The translations under genes were made by a program, and so were the position numbers. Positions 57,980 through 64,000 of a stretch of DNA of 64,000 nt are shown here, piece by piece. Within the stretch, counting starts at the first letter, position 1. Each line of letters starts with the position of its first letter. The stretch covers positions 1 to 64,000 of the forward strand of contig MCFE01000022.1 of assembly GCA_002104905.1 (NCBI GenBank), written 5' to 3'. The notes under the pieces were generated by a model. It saw only the letters and a program-made list of their open reading frames with translations, was not told the origin of the DNA and did not search any database. The DNA is from Basidiobolus meristosporus CBS 931.73 (lineage: Eukaryota; Fungi; Basidiobolomycota).

Positions 57980-59290
57980 CTATTCCATATCTTCGTCGTA
58001 GTTCTTGTTGCCACGACCGTATCTTTGGCCCATGTTTCTACGACGACCATATTGCATGTCCTCATCGTAGCTCATGTTTCCACGACGACCATATTTCATG
58101 TCTTCGTCGTAGTCCATGTTCCCACGACGACCGTACTCCATGTCTTCATCATAATTCATATTGCCACGACCATATCTCTGGCCCATGTTTCTGCGACGAC
58201 CATACTCCATGTCCTCATCGTAGTCCATGTTTCCACGGCCGTATCTCTGGCCCATGTGTCTGCGACGGCCATACTCCATGTCTTCGTCGTAATTCATATT
58301 GCCACGACCATATCTCTGGCCCATGTTTCTGCGACGACCATACTCCATATCATCATCGTAGCTCATGTTACCGCGGCCATATCTTTGGCCCATATTTCCA
58401 CGACGACCGTACTCCATATCCTCGTCGTAGTTCATGTTGCCACGGCCATATCTCTGGCCCATGTTTCCGCGACGGCCATACTCCATATCTTCGTCATAGT
58501 TCATGTTACCGCGACCATATCTTTGACCCATATTTCTACGACGACCGTATTCCATATCCTCGTCGTAGTTCATGTTTCCACGGCCATATCTTTGGCCCAT
58601 ATTTCCATGACGACCGTACTCCATGCCTTCATCGTAGTTCATGTTACCACGGTCATATCTCTGGCCCATGTTTCTACGACGGCCATACTCCATGTCTTCG
58701 TCATAGTTCATATTGCCACGACCATATTTTTGGCCCATATTTCCATGACGACCATACTCCATGTCTTCGTCGTAGTTCATATTGCCATGGCCCATGTTTC
58801 TGTGGCGACCATATTCCAGGTCTTCATTGTTGTTCAAGTTACCGCGACCGTATTCCATGCCTTCATTGCGCTTCATACCGCCACGACCATATCTTTGGCC
58901 CATGTGTCCGTGACGATCATACTCCAAGTCTTCATCATAGCTCATGTTGCCACGGCTCATGTTCCTACGACGTCCGTACTCCATGCCTTCATCGTAGTTC
59001 ATGTTACCGCGACCGTATCTTTGGCTCATGTTTCCATGGCGACCATACTCCATGTCTTCGTCGTAATTCATGTTCCCGTGACCGTATCTTTGGCCCATGT
59101 TTCTGCGACGACCGTATCCCATATCGTTATCGTAGTTCATGTTGCCGCGGCTGGAATCCATGTCTTCACCAAAGTTCATATTACCACGGCCATATCTTTG
59201 ACCCATATTTCTACGGCGACCAAATTCCATTTCCTCGTTATTCATTCCGTTGCGACGGCTGGTGGGGACTTGCTCATGTTGGCGGTTCAT
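57980..59290 (-). CDS. 436-aa low-complexity protein of 23-aa repeats YGRRRNMGQRYGRGNMNYDEDME
   Basis: ATG at 59290 (MNRQHEQ) with TTTATATAAAA ~60 nt upstream. Stop at 57980, with AATAAA ~105 nt downstream (tttatt 57871-57876). 69-bp unit. No signal peptide. Confidence 0.75.
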   Translation of the reverse strand: MNRQHEQVPTSRRNGMNNEEMEFGRRRNMGQRYGRGNMNFGEDMDSSRGNMNYDNDMGYGRRRNMGQRYGHGNMNYDEDMEYGRHGNMSQRYGRGNMNYDEGMEYGRRRNMSRGNMSYDEDLEYDRHGHMGQRYGRGGMKRNEGMEYGRGNLNNNEDLEYGRHRNMGHGNMNYDEDMEYGRHGNMGQKYGRGNMNYDEDMEYGRRRNMGQRYDRGNMNYDEGMEYGRHGNMGQRYGRGNMNYDEDMEYGRRRNMGQRYGRGNMNYDEDMEYGRRGNMGQRYGRGNMNYDEDMEYGRRGNMGQRYGRGNMSYDDDMEYGRRRNMGQRYGRGNMNYDEDMEYGRRRHMGQRYGRGNMDYDEDMEYGRRRNMGQRYGRGNMNYDEDMEYGRRGNMDYDEDMKYGRRGNMSYDEDMQYGRRRNMGQRYGRGNKNYDEDME

Positions 59291-60170
59291 GCTGTAAATA
59301 AAGGCTAGATTGCTTGGTAGTGCTGAAGCGTAGAGACAAGCGGCGGCTTTTATATAAACCTTGGAAGCATCGCAGCCAACGACCATGATCAAAATACAAT
59401 CTCCATTCTTGATTACTGTCGCCTGTTAGCGCGGTGGCTTGGCACATATCGCTATAATACGCGATTGTGTGTGCAACCAGCACTACCAGGAAATGGATCA
59501 TATCGCATGGGCATTAACCCCATTGTCGACCATATTATCATTTGGGCCGTAGTGGCCCTATTAAAATCCTCATGATACTTGGATATACTCGCTCCATGAC
59601 GCAAGTTTACGATGATTCTAAGCTGGAATGGCCAATGGAAGCCAGTAGATTGTCACATTGGGAGCGGGCATGTGCTATTCGACCTTTGAAAATACAAGAT
59701 CCACCCTCACGCACCATAATGCGACATCACTCGTAGTGTTCACGACGCTTACCATTTTAACGAGATCTAATCCGCCCTATGAAACCAACCAGTTTTGCAA
59801 GCATGTGCGAAGGATGATTTTGCGGTGGCTTGTATGGATGTGGAACTGATGAGGGACATACTTCACTGTGGCTGTAAAGCAGGGAGCAATGATTACCGCC
59901 TCCCCCAAACCGCTGATGAATAATACTGAGAAGATTGGAAGAATGGCATGATTTGCCGGACGAAGCAATCGTATTTAATTTCAAAGTCAACCAAGCCTCA
60001 CAAATTATATAATGAAAAGGAAATCCAAAGAATAATAACGAATCTTTCAAATATACATATCGCAACAGTTTGTTGGGGCAGATTCTCCAATGTGCCAGTG
60101 GATTCTAACAATACTCCATCAATAGTTTCCCCAGGGTCTAACGACTCGAATTGAGCAACAGAGCTGAAAA

Positions 60171-63100
60171 TTATTGTACATATTTACGGAGCGCAAAGCA
60201 AAGGGTGCTGATGGATTGAAAGCCTTGAGGGGAGGTCTTTCGAACGATATCCCGCACTGTCGAGTCCCTAGAAAGATCACCACAGATTAGCATGTTAATT
60301 GAAAATCGAATCGAATACAATGGTGTTACATACTTGAATGCTCCGTACACAGGCTCAAAGTTCCAATCCAGACTGCCCAGGTTATTAAGATCAACATTCA
60401 TCTTGAGGAAAAATTTGGTTTTGGAGTCGGGCCCAAAGAATAATGCGCTAACGTCAAAGTGTCCCTGTTGATCCATAGAGAGATCCAAAGGAAGCTTGTA
60501 TCGAATGGCAACCACGTCTCTTTCGAAGGCTTTGAAAGAATGATAGCGAGAGGCAATGATGCTTGCGACCTCACTGAAAGTGGGGGCTACGGAGGAGCCT
60601 TCGTATGCCTTCTGAATCTGGAAGCGGATCCATGCGAGGCAGAGCTCGTTTAAATCACCGTGGGCACTCGTCTCGTTTGACACAAAAGCCAAGTCTATAG
60701 CCTCCCAGCGCTTGGTTGGCAGCAACTCGACGTTCACGGAGACCTGAAGGGCGCCATCATATATGAAGGTGTTGTTCTGTGCAGATACGTGAACCGGCTT
60801 CCAACAAAGCAATGCTTCCAACAGACTGTGCTCCTCTTGAATCGAGACAAGATCCTCTTCGGAGCAGAACTTCAGATCCTCAAATGCGGATTTGGCTTGC
60901 TCAATAGCCTCAACCAAGTTCCCCTTTTGATTCTCCAACTCGCGAAGTTTCGCTAGGAGTTTTTCCTCTTCACTTGCAATCTCGCTTTGCTCTTTTCGGA
61001 AGATATCCAATTGCGTGTTCTGCTCGGCAATCGCCTCACGAAGGTTCTCCAATTGCTCCAGCTGGTCTTTAAGCTCTGATTGCTGCAACTCCTCTTCATG
61101 CTGCACTTTCTTGGTCAGAGAATCGGAGTATGCTTGAATCTTGGTAAGCATACCCTGGACCTGCTCTTTGAATTGAGCCACTTGCTTGGAATCGGTCTTT
61201 AAACTCTCCAAAGTCTCCTTGAGCTTGGTGATGACTGGGCTGAGTAGCTTTTCACGCCAGTTATACCACATATACTTGGTTGTGAGGTCAGAATGTTGTT
61301 TCAACACATTGAATTGGCCAGCAATTTCCCCACGAATCTCTTCTGAGCTCTCGTAGTACTCCTTCATCAAGGCCGAAGGCTCCGCGTTCAGCTCTCCCTC
61401 GATGATTTGAACAGCAGAAGCACCTTGCATGATGTTTTGCTTAAGCTCCTGACAGCAGAACTCCAGTAGCTGCAACTCTGAGAAAAGTACGGCACTTGTC
61501 TGGACATAATCAACTGTTGAAGGAGCCTTATCGTCGATCTCGAGAGGGGTGCCATCCTCTTCAGGAAGCTTGTGGTCTCTGAAGGACACCTCGATCAATC
61601 GAAGGAAACCCTCCACGTCGGTTGGCGTTGGCTTTTTGCTTTGCTCGTCGTAAGAAAACTCGGTTTCAGGAAGCTCTTGGTGTAAGATGTTTTCCTCAGT
61701 GTCATAGAATTGTGCACTACACATAGAATCATCCATGTTCACCTCAAACTGCTTCTCATCAAGGCCAACGCTCACGGTGGGTGGGGTGGGGGTCTTTTGG
61801 GCACGGAGAGCTGGTGATGCGTCCTGCTCGCCACCCTGCTTGGCAAGCGAACTAGGAGTCTTTACCTTGGCAAGTGAAGTGGGTGTTTCAATGGTTGAAT
61901 CAGGAGATCTCCTGTCTTGAGTGCTAGACAAGCGACGTTCCTGGGCAGTCGGTGTTGAGATGTCCATGGATATGTTGGAGCTATCGATATCATCGGGTGA
62001 TTTTGCATCCTCAAATTGCTGCGCCAGGTTTGCTCGCGAAGAGGCAGCTTCGGGTGTGGCGGGCCATCCCTTAGGACTAGCCGAAATGGGCGTGCTAGAA
62101 TCGATTTGATTCACAATCCCGCCCAAGCATTGCGTGAATTCCATTGGGATGGATTCGGTTTGGTCATCGTTGAGCTCTTTTCTGGGTTCTTCGGGTTTGT
62201 CCAGCACTTCATTTTGAATTCCCCCTACGCATTGAGTTAACTCCATGGGGAGTGACTCAGTTTGATCTTGCATCGATTGATCCAGAATAGTATCAGTTAC
62301 ATCAAAAGCAGCTTTACGTGGGGTGGACATGGAGGCTGATGGTGTCTCAGCTCCGGTGCTGATGCACTCGGTGATTTCCATGGTCATTTCTTCCGATGAC
62401 TCATCTAGATCTGGTGCTCCTTGCTGCTCAACAATTCCGCCAAGGCATTTGGTCTCATCCATAGGAAGAGACTCGGTAACATCCTCATTCCCGGATGGAA
62501 GAACGGTGTTTGATTTGCTGGGGGTGCCGTTGAATGGAATCTCTACAGTGTTGCCAGCCAGATCCATAGGCACACTTTCGGTTTCATCATCATCTAGCAA
62601 GCAGAATTAGCGCACAGGGACAAACGTGGGAGGGGATCTTCATAAGCTTACTTGGCTCGTCTGTGCGATCAAACATATCAAATGCCTTTTTCTGGGTTTC
62701 CTGTGAGTCTGACTTTCGCTCGCCTCCATATCCCCCGAATCCTCCAAACCCAACATCATGTACCAGAGGACGACTAGGGATACCCCAAGATACTGAAGAA
62801 GGAAAGTGGGTAATAGGATTGCTCAGTGCACTCTTTTTGGACTCTGATGAACTGATGTCGGCTTCTTCTTCAGCTACAGTACTCTTTATAGGGGTGTTGT
62901 TGCTGTTGGCTAATTCTTCGGGAGCTTGATAAAAAGGTTAGGAATTACCAACGCAGACCATTCATTGCGAAAGTACCTTGCTCGGCGGTGAAGCTTTCAC
63001 TCAAATCCATATCTGAGGTCTCTGGCTCAAATGCTGGATCCTCATTTTCTTTGTTTTCAGCGTCGTCACTAGAAGATGGTTCCTCTTGGGCTTCGGTGGA

Positions 63101-64000
63101 AGTTTGCACGGTGTTCTCCTTTTGCTCGTCTTCCTCTGCTTGGTCTGTTTCTTCGGAATTTTTCGACAGAGCAGCATCTTCATCATCAGCCGAGTCCTTG
63201 ACATGGACTTCGAAGCTGCGATCACTATGGTATTCATGTTACTAAGAAGGTTCACGAGTGTGTATCTTTAAAAGAATCGCGTACTGTGATTCAGAGCCAT
63301 TTTCCGAATGAAAGGATGTATCGGCCTCGGTGCTTCTGCTTTCATCCAACGACAGGCGCAAATCAAACGCATTGCTAAATAGCAGCATATTAGATCGCGT
63401 TACGAAAATATCGGAACAAGAGGCAAGTAGATACCTGGTGCGAGCAACCGATGATAGGTCAGGTATTTGAAACAAGCTTTCCCCAGTAGCTTTCTCATCA
63501 GGCATTTCGAATTCGGAAGGAAGGGAGAACAGTTGACCCTCCTGTTCCTCAACCTCATCCTCATCTGGGCTCTCTTCGATCCCTTCATTCTTCCAACCTT
63601 CATTTTCTCTATCAAAGAGTCTATTCCAAAGGGTGTAAGCTCAATAAACTTGCTGATGAGATCATCGTAGATGTTATCAGCTTACCTAACGTGAGCAGTG
63701 GCAGCAAAGCTTACTCTACGTCCCACCGCTTTCTTGATTCGTTTTCTTTGCTCGCTTGAATAAAAACATTAGAATCTGGCGAAAGGTGAGCAGTGGCAGG
63801 CAGTCTTATTACCTTGTGCTTGATTCCACAACAGTTTCGCGTTCATACTGACTGTTGGCTGAACTAGGCTCCAACTCTGTTTCCTCATTGCTTCTTAGAA
63901 TACTTCTAGCGGGTAGCTGAAGATAGGGTCAAGTTTAGTTTTGGTATATAATGCTGGCACGGTGTTGAAAGTTCCTTACTGTGATTCTTCTTTTTTTGGA
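60171..64000 (-). CDS. SPC105: Kinetochore scaffold Spc105/Spc7/KNL1, 5' end beyond the window
   Basis: Spliced N-terminal SILR (63893-63904) and RRVSF (63706-63720) PP1-docking motifs. MELT-like repeats (PMDET, TMEIT, PMELT, PMEFT). Spc7-like FLRLIEVSF, LLEFCCQEL, WYNWREKL, followed by a coiled coil and an RWD-like end. Confidence 0.93.

Noticed and set aside
57890-59308. Two long plus-strand ORFs over the 69-bp repeat: a His/Val-rich 472 aa and a Cys/His-rich, metallothionein-looking 457 aa
   Set aside because: A stop-free repeat unit keeps several frames open. TATA, ATG and AATAAA all support the minus strand. Stranded RNA-seq would settle it.
63691-63800. 14-bp sequence (gtgagcagtggcag) present in both a KNL1 exon and the preceding intron
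   Set aside because: Too short to support intron gain by duplication, and no other evidence.
31490-64000. SAS-4 and SPC105 as a mitotic gene cluster
   Set aside because: They are 26 kb apart with about ten unrelated genes between them, so chance proximity is sufficient.

Overview
Eukaryotic, intron-rich fungal DNA (introns mostly about 55-80 nt, GT-AG, CTAAC-like branch points). The gene content suggests an early-diverging, non-Dikarya fungus, possibly Basidiobolus-like; this is inference only. Left part (1-25.7 kb): a giant secreted gene of about 4,200 aa (3756-16517) with eight CBM19-like Cys modules, a long His/Ser/Lys/Glu-rich repeat region and a Thr/Val beta-repeat region. It is flanked by CpG-depleted LTR-retrotransposon relics, including a decayed Ty1/copia element with both LTRs, PBS and PPT, and a solo LTR nested inside it. 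Right part (25.7-64 kb): gene-dense. It holds an intronless fusion of a degenerate DnaQ/EXD-type 3'-5' exonuclease with a Ycf45/SpoIIIAA-type AAA+ ATPase, an FlbC-like C2H2 factor, a SAS-4/CPAP centriole protein, full-length NBAS/Sec39, PPZ phosphatase, RPL9, kynureninase and PRS1. It also holds two tandem GPI-type TEDCET-repeat proteins, an HSL-family esterase, a 23-aa block-polyampholyte repeat protein, two unassigned multi-exon genes and SPC105/KNL1, which runs off the right edge. No rRNA, tRNA or CRISPR array could be supported. All family assignments come from motif recognition by eye, not database searches.
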